Shown here: positions 35,568-46,975 of the stretch, piece by piece | How positions within the stretch are numbered: the stretch's first letter is position 1 | Layout: each line of letters opens with the position of its first letter | Source: Klebsormidium nitens | Lineage: Eukaryota > Plantae > Klebsormidiophyceae | Length of the DNA: 64,000 nt | Assembly (NCBI GenBank): GCA_000708835.1 | Contig: DF237160.1 | Span: 30,406 to 94,405 of the forward strand | Direction of reading: 5' to 3' | Position numbers and translations under genes: made by a program | The notes under the pieces: generated by a model | The model's database searches: none | What the model was told of the DNA's origin: nothing | The model's input: only the letters and a program-made list of their open reading frames with translations

Positions 35568-38500
35568 ATGGCTAAGTTCATCAACATTCCAGAGCACAGT
35601 CACTTCCCCCTTCAGAATCTGCCCTATGGAGTTTTTAAACCAAGGGGCGCCCAGGCCCCAAGGGTTGGGGTGGCCATTGGGGAGTCCATTCTGGACCTCG
35701 CAGAACTAGCGGCAGCTGGGTGCTTCCAAGGGAGCCAAGTAGGGAGTACCCAATGCTTTGCAGAGGTCAGAAGCAGTACCTTGGACGCCTTCTAATACCA
35801 CTTCAAGCACTAGATTCTGCCCCTGTGCACCACTGTAAACGCCATATATTTGTTTCATGGATTGTGTCTGTTAAGTTTTATTAGTGTTCCAAGCAATCAT
35901 ATTCTGCCCTTTAGAGCCACTGTAAACACCACAGAATTGTTTCATGGTCTGCACCACCTTTTCATCAGAAGTAAACCTTCTCATTCTTGCATATCTCAGA
36001 ATTCCTTCTCCAAGAGATCTTTCTAGGAGTGTTGCACTGTATCTTGATGATCATGCTCCAGTTAAGGTCTGTTCTCCTGTGCAGCCTTCTTTGAATGCTT
36101 TCATGTCCCTGGGGCGCGTCGCATGGCAAGAAGCGAGGGGCATTATCAGAAGTCTGCTTACAGGTACGATGATATTAGCCAGGGACCACAGGCCCAATCT
36201 GTAACGTAGTCCCCAAAACAGCAACCTGCTTACAACCATTGTGAAGTAGTCCAAGATCGACAACCTGCTTCATTTGAGCTTTCCCTCAGGGATACTCACT
36301 TTTCCGCATAAATAATAACTGCCTGTCTTCTGACTACAAAAAACACTGTGTGTTATTCGTCTGATAAGATCCAAATAATCTGGTCGAATCTTAGCCCGCC
36401 AGCTGAATTGATGCAGGTGAAGAATCCCGGTTGGAGACTGACCCCGACTTGAGACAAAGGGCCATACATCCTATGGTAAGGTTCCTCTTTCTGCCAATTG
36501 CGCGCAACTTACCAAGATTGAGAATCCAATTGTACTGCCTTGTTCAAGCTGCAAAGGTCTGCCTTCCATCCACGTTTGAAGCTCCCTCTAGCAGCCACAT
36601 CACATAAGACATTAACGCTGTGTCCATGGATAGATTCAGCAAAGTCCCTCTGGATCCCAGATTTACGCCTCACAGCGCGCTTCCTGTGTTGTCTCCACAG
36701 AGTGAAGCCGAACTCCTCCTCCCAGCTCAAATCTGTGATTACACCGACTTCTACTCGTCGAAATACCACGCGGCCAATGTCGGCGCCCTCTTCCGGAGCA
36801 GGGAGAATGCACTCACAGAGAATTGGTGGGTCGTAGAACGCCTCCCTCTCATCTCTGACTTGCTACCGATTTACGGCTATTTTTCCCCTTCCTAGTCACA
36901 CTCGTGTTTGTTAAGAGGTCGTACTACCCAACTAGACTGGAGGGTCAAGAAGCAGGTTATGATCAACTGCATTTTGTCCCCTTTGCCAGGTTGCATGTTC
37001 CCATTGGCTACCACGGGCGCGCTTCCTCAGTAGTGGTGTCAGGCACCCCGGTGGTGAGACCAAGGTAAGATCAAACCAGGTCAGACAACGATCGAAACAT
37101 CCTGCGAATTGCGTCTGTGCAACAGAGCTAGCTCGAGAAGTTTAACCAGTCGCAAAGAGAAGGAACGCTTGCCTTACCTGTCTCTATTCTCGAGCAAAAA
37201 CCTGTCAAAAGGCGCCAATTGACGGTTAATTCTGAAACTATCTCGTGTACTTGAACAAGGACCCTTCTACTTCGGAGATTGCGAGGGTGTTCGAGAGTCG
37301 CTAAGAGGATGTTTGGGAGGGTATTCGACACTGTTTCTATTTTATTAATCTATATCATTCTTCCAATCGGTGCCTGAGTCCTTTGTACAGTGGTCAGGTC
37401 GCGCCAGCTCCAGGCAGCAAAGCCCCGACCTTCCAGCCGTCTGCGATGCTGGACTTCGAACTCGAACTGGTGAGAAATTCGCGAGCCCCGGAGATGCTGA
37501 GACGATGTGGTAGCCTGTGAAGATGGTTTAGAGTCTCACCTCCTCCACTTACGTGTACTTGTCTGTTCCTTTGCTTGATTGTGTCGGAGTTGGTTCTGGA
37601 ATCTGGTTGTAACGATCCTTCAAAAAGGGCCTTGACTATATGTGCAGCTGCTCGGCTGAATAGCAGTCCGTTGGTACCTGATTGGACCCTCATCGACGCT
37701 TGCAGTCCTTCTCTTTCCGACGTCTTTTCCCTTGGCTTCACCACAGGCTTTCTTTGTCGGCCCAGGCAACGAGCTCGGCAAGCCAGTACCCATCGAGAAG
37801 GCGAGGGACCATATCTTTGGGTTTGTGCTCATGAACGACTGGAGCGGTGAGACAACGCGCCACTTTAATCTTTGATGTTCTCATCGAACGAAATGCTTTG
37901 TGTTCGACTTGCCTCTGCCACTCTGCCAATCGTCGACCAGCCAAAGTTTTTGTTTTGTACAAGAGAGTTTCGGTCGACGGTTGGAGGAAAGAGATTCTTA
38001 CATGTCTTTCCATTTCTGATGCGCTTTTGTGAGGGTTTGAAACTTTTCAGTCAAAAGGTGATGCCTTGAAAGGCGCGCACTTCGGTCAATGAAGCATGAA
38101 TTTGGAGACTTCTATTGACACTCGCAATTCGATCGTACTCCAGCACGCGATCTGCAACGATGGGAGTACGTGCCTTTGGGGCCCTTTCTAGCGAAAAACT
38201 TTGGTGAGGAGCCCAAACTTCCTTTGTATCTGTTTGCGTAGAATCTCTTGGAGCGCCGCTGTTTCTTGGAAACGTGTCTTTGCTCGCTGTTATTGCTGTC
38301 CGTCGATCCATCCACCCTTCGTAAGCGGAGCTCAGGACGTGTTTAGCCAACTCATACAGCAGCTGATACGTCAACGGATTGTGCTCACACCTGGGTTGGG
38401 ACCGGAAGTGTCTTCCAAGCGATTGACGTGCTTTATTCGTGCCTTCTCGTCTTCAGCTACGTCGATCTCCCCTTGGGTAGTTCCTCTTGAGGCCTTGGAG

Positions 38501-40874
38501 CCATTCCTGTGCCCCGCACAGCCACAGGCAAGGCTTTCGACGAACTGTGCCTTTTTTTGCGCGCTTGGATGTCTTCACTTCTTTGCACGTCCACGTCTTT
38601 TACGTCCGACGCAAACTCTCAAAGCGTCACCACTTGGATGGAAAATCGCAGAAGTGCCACTTGCCCCGGATGTAGATTCCGAGCGGAAAGCGCGATGAAT
38701 CCGCTCAGTGTCACGGCGACTTCAGAAGTGCAAACCGACAGCCTGCGGCTTTCCTTCACGTCGAACCTCACAGCAGGATACGATGATTTTTCACATTTTG
38801 CAGGATCCGGAAGTGCTGCCGTATCTTCGGCAGCAAAGACGAGAGACGTACGACATACAGCTAGAGGTGAGCGGTCGTCCCACGTTTTCCTCTCTTGTAG
38901 ATATAAAAAAGCTAAGCACTTGGCCGTAAGACGAGTGAGGTGGCTTGTTGATCAGGGTGGCTTTGTGTGCGGAGCAGGACTATCCTTTTTTTACGCATTT
39001 CCAGAACGCCACTGCACCGAGATCATTTCGATGGCGTACATCGGTTTGAACCCAAACCTCACGAGTACGTCGTCCTCTGCGAAGTGGGCCAGGCCAGGCA
39101 TTGAACCGCCTTGCAAGCTTAAACTCGTGAAGCTCAGTCGTCTTTTCGGAGCGCTGGTCATCAACTCCGTTCGTTCCCTGTCTGGTCTGGTTGTAACGTC
39201 ATATTGTGTCTGGTTGTGACGCTTCATTCCTGTTTTTGTCGTGTCAGGTGGCTTTGAAGCCGGAGCGTGCGGCCGAGGCGACCACCATTAGTAGAACCAA
39301 CTTCAAGCACGTGTGAGTGGATTCCGTCTTCCCTGCACAACGTTTGGAATCTTGCCGAGTGCCATCAGTGAAGGAAGGAACAAGGACCCCCGTCGGACTC
39401 TTTAAGAATCCCCTTTAACCATTACGTCTTCAATCTACGTTTCAGATTAGCGAATCGACTCAGCCCAGACAGTCGGTCCTCGAGGGTTATAGCTAGGAGG
39501 GTTGTTGCTAGGAGGGTCTCTGATATCTGCTCGGGAGTCCACGTTCTTCCTTCTTCCGTCTGACCAAAGACTTCCGACGATACTATTGTTGATCCTGGAG
39601 GCAGTTTCCGGCGTGCAATCCTGGTTGCCTTCTATTCGCAAAGTAGGCGCCGCGGCCTCTAGGATGACTTCGAGCTTCGAAGAAGCTAGAAGATGGGTTG
39701 ACGCGCGCCTGTGCTGTAGCAGCAAACTCGTCATGTCCTATGAACAGCAACGGCACAGCATCGTCAGTTCCTGTTCAAGGACGTTTGCAGCGAAATATAC
39801 TGGACGATCTTATCCAATGCACCGTGCGTTGCGACGAACAAAGCGGAGCCACGTCTATGCCTGATGGTGCTCCTGCGGTCACAAGGCTTACCATGTGACA
39901 CCTGGCACTGGTTGTCATTTCTGACGATGTCGCCGTGTGCCACGTGGCAGGTACTGGACGGTGGACCAGCAGCTCGCGCACCACACCGTCTCGGGGTGCA
40001 ACCTCCGACCGGGGGACCTGCTGGCGTCCGGGACCATCAGCGGGCCGGTGGGCATTACACTTCGGTTTCTGCTGTACATCTTTCAAAGATTGTCGGTCTC
40101 AAGGAAATGTTTGGCGGCTTTTCCTTGAGTTAGCCCACACGCCGCTTCGGATTCTTGCGAGGTGCGGGTTGGAAATTAGGAGAGAGGGACTCAGACTCAG
40201 CGGAGGTCTCTGCAAACGAAGTACTGAGGAACTCTTGTCTGTCGGATTGATGCCTTCCGATGCATTGCTTGACGAGAAGAGGGCAAGTCCTCATACGCAA
40301 AGTCCTCACACGCAAGAAAGCGCCGTTTATCTCAGATAAAAATGGAACCGAGCTTCTTTGCTTTTTCCAGGACGACGGGAGCCTAGGCTCGATGCTCGAA
40401 ATGTCGGAGGGCGGGAAGAAGTCAGTGCTGTTGGCGGATGGAGAGACGCGGAAGAGGCTGCATGACGGCGACGAGGTTTCTCTGACGGGGTACTGTCAGG
40501 TGAGTGGACGATGTAACACACGGAAATTTCAGCGCTCTGGAGATCTGACCATCACCCGTTTATCCGGTTACTGCTCAGCTGTCGTTGCAGTCGTGTAAAT
40601 CTGTTTACACGCTCACGGTTTCAACGCCATCCTCTCGAAGAACACATCCAGACTCCCTGCATATCTCAATGGGCACGTTGAAATCCGCTCGAAAGATTTC
40701 TTGCGGGCAATGCAAGCCTTATGCATCTTGACGCAAATGATTGCTGCCGCACATCATGCAATCTCTCACAACGTATTTGATGCACTTTTGCAGGGCCCTG
40801 GTTACAAGGTGGGCTTCGGGTCGTGCTCGGGCAAAATCCTCCCAGCTTATGCTTTTGCGACCGAGCCAAGTTAG
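35568..40874 (+). CDS. FAH: Fumarylacetoacetase (tyrosine catabolism), 14 exons, 426 aa
   Basis: Exons 35568-35765, 36085-36163, 36417-36475, 36701-36825, 36990-37064, 37391-37469, 37747-37846, 38143-38202, 38457-38527, 38804-38866, 39248-39312, 39951-40047, 40371-40499, 40794-40874 total 1281 nt. Motifs: [110 protein letters not shown]. Confidence 0.97.
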
Positions 40875-41768
40875 CGTGACAAAGGTAGAGGCGTCTAGCA
40901 GTACGAGGTAAATAGTTCTAGCAAGGACGAAATACGCATGCTGAGTCTATGATTGCTGCGCAACGAGTTATGAAGGTGCATTAAGGTACGCGCTCACGGC
41001 CTCTGCTGGATAGGGAACGAAAGTATAGCGACGCATCTGAAACGGGAGCTTGCCCACGTGAGTAGATCGTATGCAGTCGAATCTTTTAGGTGTCTTCGAC
41101 TTGAAGAAATATGTATTGTATGATTAGCTCATGCCGAATGGAAATGCAGTGCGTAAGCAAATGCCTGGGACGGTATGCATCTGGTTACAGCTGTCCGGCA
41201 CGTTTAGTGCCCGGTTTACAGTTATTACATTCGATATGTATCAGTGACAACAACCTGTCCACACAACGAGCTCCATATTTAGAGTCAAGCGCACAATTCT
41301 TCCCATTACACTAAGTACATGTTGGCGGCGCCCACAGCTATAACCCGTTTTATACTGGAATTAATTCAATCTTTCCCGTGCCCGCGGGCGAGCTGCTAAA
41401 GCTAGAAGCTATGGCGCTAGCTATACCGGTATAGCCTGGCGATCGACTGCCTGAGCGGCCGCTGATTGAGCGCCTACATGCAGCTGCAATTCTTAGGTAC
41501 AATTCTTAGGTACAGCTATATAGGTGGATAATGATGGCATCCGGCCGCCGGGCGCCGGCCTTACTACGATTATCGTGCGCGGCGCGCAACGAGGGTTCAG
41601 GGTTTGGTCAATAGGGACATGCTGGACTCGCGGTGGCGCTGATCGAGCGGCATCCACCTTGCATGCCAGCCTCCTGGAGGCTCCACTGCCAGCTAATACT
41701 ATTGCGGGCTTCAGCCTTCAAAGGCGCTTTACAAGAAGTTCGCTACAAGTGAAGGCCTGGGCAAGGGA

Positions 41769-44700
41769 ATGGCGCTGGCTGGAGTGAACAATGTAGCCAC
41801 ACCGATACTTTTTGAGGTTACACAAGTGAGCCATCAATGCATAACCGCACATAAGTCAGCCCGCCCGTTACTGACTGCACAGAGGACGAGGCTTGGCGCC
41901 AGACTTCGGAACAGAGTTCAGAGCTGGAATGCTGTGAGGCCCCTTCAAAATTCTGGAATCTTGGGTGAATTGTCAGAAAGGCCTCTGAAGAGTCTGCCTA
42001 GAGGGTCAGCCCAGAGCACGAGAACGCAAACTCCAGAGTCAGCAGAAAGTCGTCAGGGCACTGAGAAGAATCACCATGAAAGTTTGGGCAATGAGCCGGG
42101 GAACGGGCACCATGGTGTCGTTCGGACTGTCCGCGTTGGGCTGACGCCCCTGACTCCGGAAAACTTTGCGCCGTTCGGACAGGTCTGTGGACCGTGTGTG
42201 GACGGAGCTGAGTTTGGGAGAGAAGATGCGCAGCTGGAACTAGAAGGGGGGGTGCCAAGGTACGTTGTCAGGCAGTGAGGGGATGAGATGGCACTGACTT
42301 GCCACCAGTTGAGGGCTTTTCTGCAGCTTGTGAAGAACTCAGATGCTGATGCAGCCATCACAATGTTTGCTTCTTCCGCAGAGAAAGCAAAGTTGATCTG
42401 AAACTAATGTTGCAGGTTGCCTGACCGAATCAAATTTGGAAGTCCTTCTGGTCAATGTGGAACACTTGTATCCCACTGACAGGCTATTATGATCGAGTAG
42501 GCTGGTAAGGTGCACAGGGTTCCTTTTCGCTGCTGCGATAGTGGAACAAATGCCGTACCGCCAAGGCAATTCACCACCTTTTTGGGTGGATAATGAAGTA
42601 TGAACGTTTTCAGATTTCACCTCGGATATTTATTTTACATTTCGCACAATTGGGAATTTTGGTTTTTTGCCAGCCAAATTAGCAGAATAAGGCTATTTTT
42701 GAATATTTCTTCAGTTGCCCTTTTCACCCTCAGGTCCCAATTTAGTTTCCAGATTTTCACACTGCCCTCGAAATAATTATTTATTGGTGAATTGCCTTGG
42801 CGGTACGGGTTTTGTCCATACCTCTGAAAGCCAAGCCCCAAGGTTTAGCAGATAGATAGTTGTCTGAAAAGTGCAGTGCCCCGCAGGTTATATATCCTCC
42901 GGTTGAAGGGGAAGGAGCTCAAGTTCGATCGCATCACGCATCATGCCCAAGTCACGCAGTGCCTTGGGTCCGCTGACGGAAGGCCCTGGTACATGGGAGT
43001 TGCGCCAGCTAGGTGGGGTTACGAAGACTTGTAATCCTTGAAATGTCTTAATTAATAACACCTCCAGCAAGTCTAAGTGTATTCTGTCGCCTCCTTCAGC
43101 TGCTCCAAGGTGATTGGAAGCCCCCAGCCAGATCTCATTCACACCTGTTGATATCTTTCCTGCTCACCTCTGCGTGAGAAACAGTCGTGCCCCCGGTTAC
43201 CTTGGACTCTGCTAACCCTCCTGCAAACCAATGCACCCAAAAGTCCCAACTTAAATAACAAAGTTAAGAGTGATGCCATCTCCATCAGATTTGAGCAAAC
43301 TCAGTGTGTGCTAATGACATGCAAGGACTCGACCTAGAGACGCGTAAATCTCAGATTCCTGGTTTCTCCAGTACGAGGCTGACTTGAGGGATCCAATCAG
43401 TGTACCAATTGAGCTTTGACCTTGTTGCGTGAGGGGCGATTCTCTTTCCTTCCCCATAAACTTTTGAGCCTGGACGAATCTTTTCAGGGGAGGCTCCGTC
43501 TAGTGTAGAACAATAAATGAACAGTGGTTGTGCAAACACAGTCATCTTTGCTTCGTTGGCAGCCTCGTCTTCATGTCCTAAGGCTTCTTAGACCCTTGAG
43601 GATACAGAAAGGGAGGGATAGAGCAAGACTGACGGACACATCGAGAAGGTGAAGGTTTGCCTCGTCTCATGTTTACAGATTCCTTCTTCAGATCGGTTGC
43701 TCGCACCCCTTTCTCCAAGTAATAAGACAATGGTATGTGGAAAAGAAGTACTAACTAAAAGCATCTAACTAAAGCTGTGCCACGCTTTGGCAGCCTCCTG
43801 TCGGATGCCCCTGGAGATGATGGCCGCCTGCCGTGGGCCCCACCAGCAATCTCTGACGTCCGCGTTTTCAAGGTCGAAGGGCCTACGTTCCTGAAACTGA
43901 ACAAAGGTGAGGTCGCGGGTGTCTCTCTTGGATCCGAACCGATGGGAATCAAGACCGCCGAAGGTGCCGACTTGGCCAATCTGCCTACGCGTTCATATGG
44001 CACCTTGTGCTTGTTGTTTTCTTGCTGCGGAGACGAAGCAATCCGTAGCAACATGTGCGGTTGGGGTACACACGCAGCAAAGAGATTCTTCGTATATGTC
44101 CTTGGCCCTAGAGACCTCAGAGGAAAAGCGAAGATGTGAAAAGCTGCTTACGAAATCACAGGTGTCCACGCACAAACTCACCCGTTGAACTTGGTGTTTC
44201 GGTCTCAACTTGTCACACCAACGGACGTTTCAATTTGGTTCTTGATGCAGGCACTTGGCATGCCGGCCCGCTGTTTGAGGATCCTCAGATGGACTTCTAC
44301 AACCTGGAGCATACAGACACAAATGTGAGTATGGTGAACCGATTAACGTCGCCTCAAGTGCGTCGGTACGATCCAGATTGATCCCCGGCACTCTCCTTAT
44401 CAAGCCTTCTCTCGCGGCGTTCATCTTTGTCGGAGCAGGAGGGCTTTCCAAACGCGTATGATTACTTCGACGTCTTTTTTACATACAAGAAGGACTTTCG
44501 AGTTGCCTGTTGCCATGGAGTTTGGCCAGTCATCGCATATGACATATTCAGGTCCGTTTTGTGTTCGCTTAGTTTACCCGGCTCAGCATGACCATGAGGC
44601 AATGAGGTCGACCAAGCTGTCGCAGTTGGTAGCCGGTGATTTACAGGCTGTTTTTTGCTAACCACGCTGGGAAACCAACGTCAGCCTTGGGGGCTTGCTA

Positions 44701-45058
44701 TGTGACTCGCAGTGTCGTTGTGACGTCTACTTGGGTTTGTTCATGTCCAGGGGATTCGATAGTGATGAGAAAGGTGTGGGTTCTTATTCTTGAAGCCACC
44801 GTAGTTTAGTAAGTGCTTAGCTCCTGTCGTACGTTTTTTATAACCAATGGAGCGCTCGACTTCACCGCCTCGACGTCGGACCTCTTAGTAGGCCGTTGGC
44901 ATGATAGGTTTAGGGGTTCTGTTGTGGTTCAATCGAGTTTGAATGGATTGGGAAAGTTTGACTGAAAGTCGTACTTTTTCTTGCAGGTGACGGATCATAA
45001 TACCCACGTCTTCAGCCGAGAAGACGGGGTGCAGTTTGTCATTGATACGGCAAGCTGA
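41769..45058 (+). CDS. Ureidoglycolate lyase/hydrolase (AllA)-like cupin protein, plant type, with a long N-terminal extension; 5 exons, 291 aa
   Basis: Exons 41769-42259, 42887-43012, 43794-43906, 44251-44324, 44987-45058 total 876 nt. Motifs: LTPENFAPFGQV, DAQLELEGGVPRLYIL, ITHHAQVTQCLGS, LKLNKGTWHAGPLF, DFYNLEHTDTNVTDHNTH. Confidence 0.9.
42553..42808. mobile_element. MITE-like element (~256 bp, perfect 24-bp terminal inverted repeats, AT-rich interior) in intron 1 of the AllA-like gene
   Basis: ccgtaccgccaaggcaattcacca (42553-42576) is the exact reverse complement of 42785-42808. The match extends imperfectly about 10 bp outward to flanking TA dinucleotides. Confidence 0.75.
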
Positions 45059-46975
45059 GCAAGTCAATCTGTCGAATGGTCGTATTGGATGGGGCAGTAC
45101 TTTTTCAGTCACAATCCCTTTCGGTTAAAGACTCGGTGCACGCGTTTATCGATCTGTCAAGCAGACACATCACGTGCGTATGTCACTTTGTGGACCGTCG
45201 GCCTTTTTGGTCAAGACGGATAAGAAACGGCCCTGCAGTTATATTGAATCTGCCCTCAAATGCGATGCCGCCAGGTTGCAATTGTACCCAGTGCATATAT
45301 GCAAATGGATATACGACTATTGACTTCAGTTTTAGCTGATAATTTACAAATTGCAATCCATGCTCCATGGCTTAAGTAAAGTTCCTACATGCAAGCAACT
45401 CATAACTCGAGAAAACCAATCATGCCTGCGGCCATGACGGCATGTTCTTGCAGTTCGGGCAGTGTTAGACTGGAGCTTAATTCTCAATAGACGGTCATGG
45501 ATCGGCAATTGACCACTGCATGTCGCTTCTTTAATTCGACTACCCATGGCAATCAACAGTTGAACCACTGTATAGTGGCAGCTGGACAGTACTTTCAATG
45601 ATTTGTGCATGACTCGGTAGCTACTAGGTTTACGTTGCGAAACCGATATAAGACGTACCTGCTCTGTACGTTGATCGCCGGCGTGTTTTTGTATCCAACA
45701 AACTGATCCAATTCCCGAAAACAAAACTGATCATTGTTATGTATTGACAGGTTCATACAACACCAGCTAAGATTCGAAGATGTTATCCAAACAACCTGAG
45801 ACCCCGAGCTACTAGAAATGATCATTCTACCTAGTCACCAAGCACTTTAACGGCTTTGTTTAAAACCTTCATATGCTCCCCGCAACTTCACTAATTGGTG
45901 TGTGGACATATTGTATATATCAAAGGAGCATCACAGACTGCAAACTTGAAGGACTTATGTGCAAAGAACGGTGGATCGATGGATCGATGCAAGCATCAAC
46001 CAGTAACTTTCTAGTTCGTGCTTCGCAGTGCTCCATCCGTGACCCTAACACCTAGTCTCCTGCGACTGGGCACGTTACTTTTCTTACGGCAGCAGGCGTC
46101 CAACAATTGTCGTCGCAATCACCCCATTGAAATAAGTGTCACAGGTTGTTCGAATATTGCAGCGTTCCGCTGGCCGGGCGTGTCTAATCGAAAACGTTCC
46201 GCAGATATTGTCGCACTGGACGGAACGGAATCGAATCTTAGTTCTTGATTGGGGCAGTCTGAAATTTCCTAGGGCCCTCACGTGTTCTGTATTGAGACGT
46301 TAGCGCAAGTCCGTATTGCTCAGCGGCTTGGCGAAGTTTCCGCAGACAAACGTTTTACTGAGCTCAGTCAGTCTGCGCAAGATGGGAGGCTTTGTGATCT
46401 GAACAGACAAGACTCCTGAGACAGTCCATAAAAGGGATGAGCGGAGCCGCTACACCACAATTTGGTAAGCCTCGTGCGAGACTCTTCTTTTGAAACCCTT
46501 TGAGATCCGGCTGAGCGTCTTGTAAAGTGTTTTGTTCAAAAGGGATCGGAATTATGCATCTCGTAAGAAGGAAACGATGGATAGAATTTCTTGGTCCTCG
46601 ACATACTTGACAGAGTGAAGTAATGCCAAAGAGGCGGTACAACCAAGAGTGGCCGGAGTGCGAGGGTTTTGAAGAGTTGAAAAGGTTTTGTCACCTGCTT
46701 CAGAAAGATTTCAAAGTGTTTGATCATCAAAGATAACGATGATCTGGAACTGCAAGACCATCTCATGTTTGCTTATGAACATGATGAATCGTAAAGGACA
46801 TGATTGATTATTCATCTCAGCATAGTTTCAATCTTCTTTGCAGATTGCAGTGACGGCCTAGTGTGCTCTCTTGTTCCATTTTCAGATTATAATCTCAGGA
46901 GGGAATTGCTGGCAGTTGCAAGTGGCACAACTTTTCACGCCCTTTGCTGCCTCATATTCTGGACAGCCTTCCACT

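Noticed and set aside
38500-39900. Several 95-236 aa ORFs inside FAH introns
   Set aside because: No recognisable motifs; expected by chance in CpG-rich, stop-poor intron sequence.
35568-45058. FAH plus AllA-like gene as a metabolic cluster
   Set aside because: They belong to different pathways (tyrosine versus ureide/unknown). Some bacterial ureidoglycolate lyases have an FAH fold, but the FAH here is a canonical fumarylacetoacetase; adjacency alone is not evidence.
45100-46800. Short ORFs between the AllA-like and BTB genes as a transposon remnant
   Set aside because: No transposase, RT or integrase motifs and no terminal repeats were seen.
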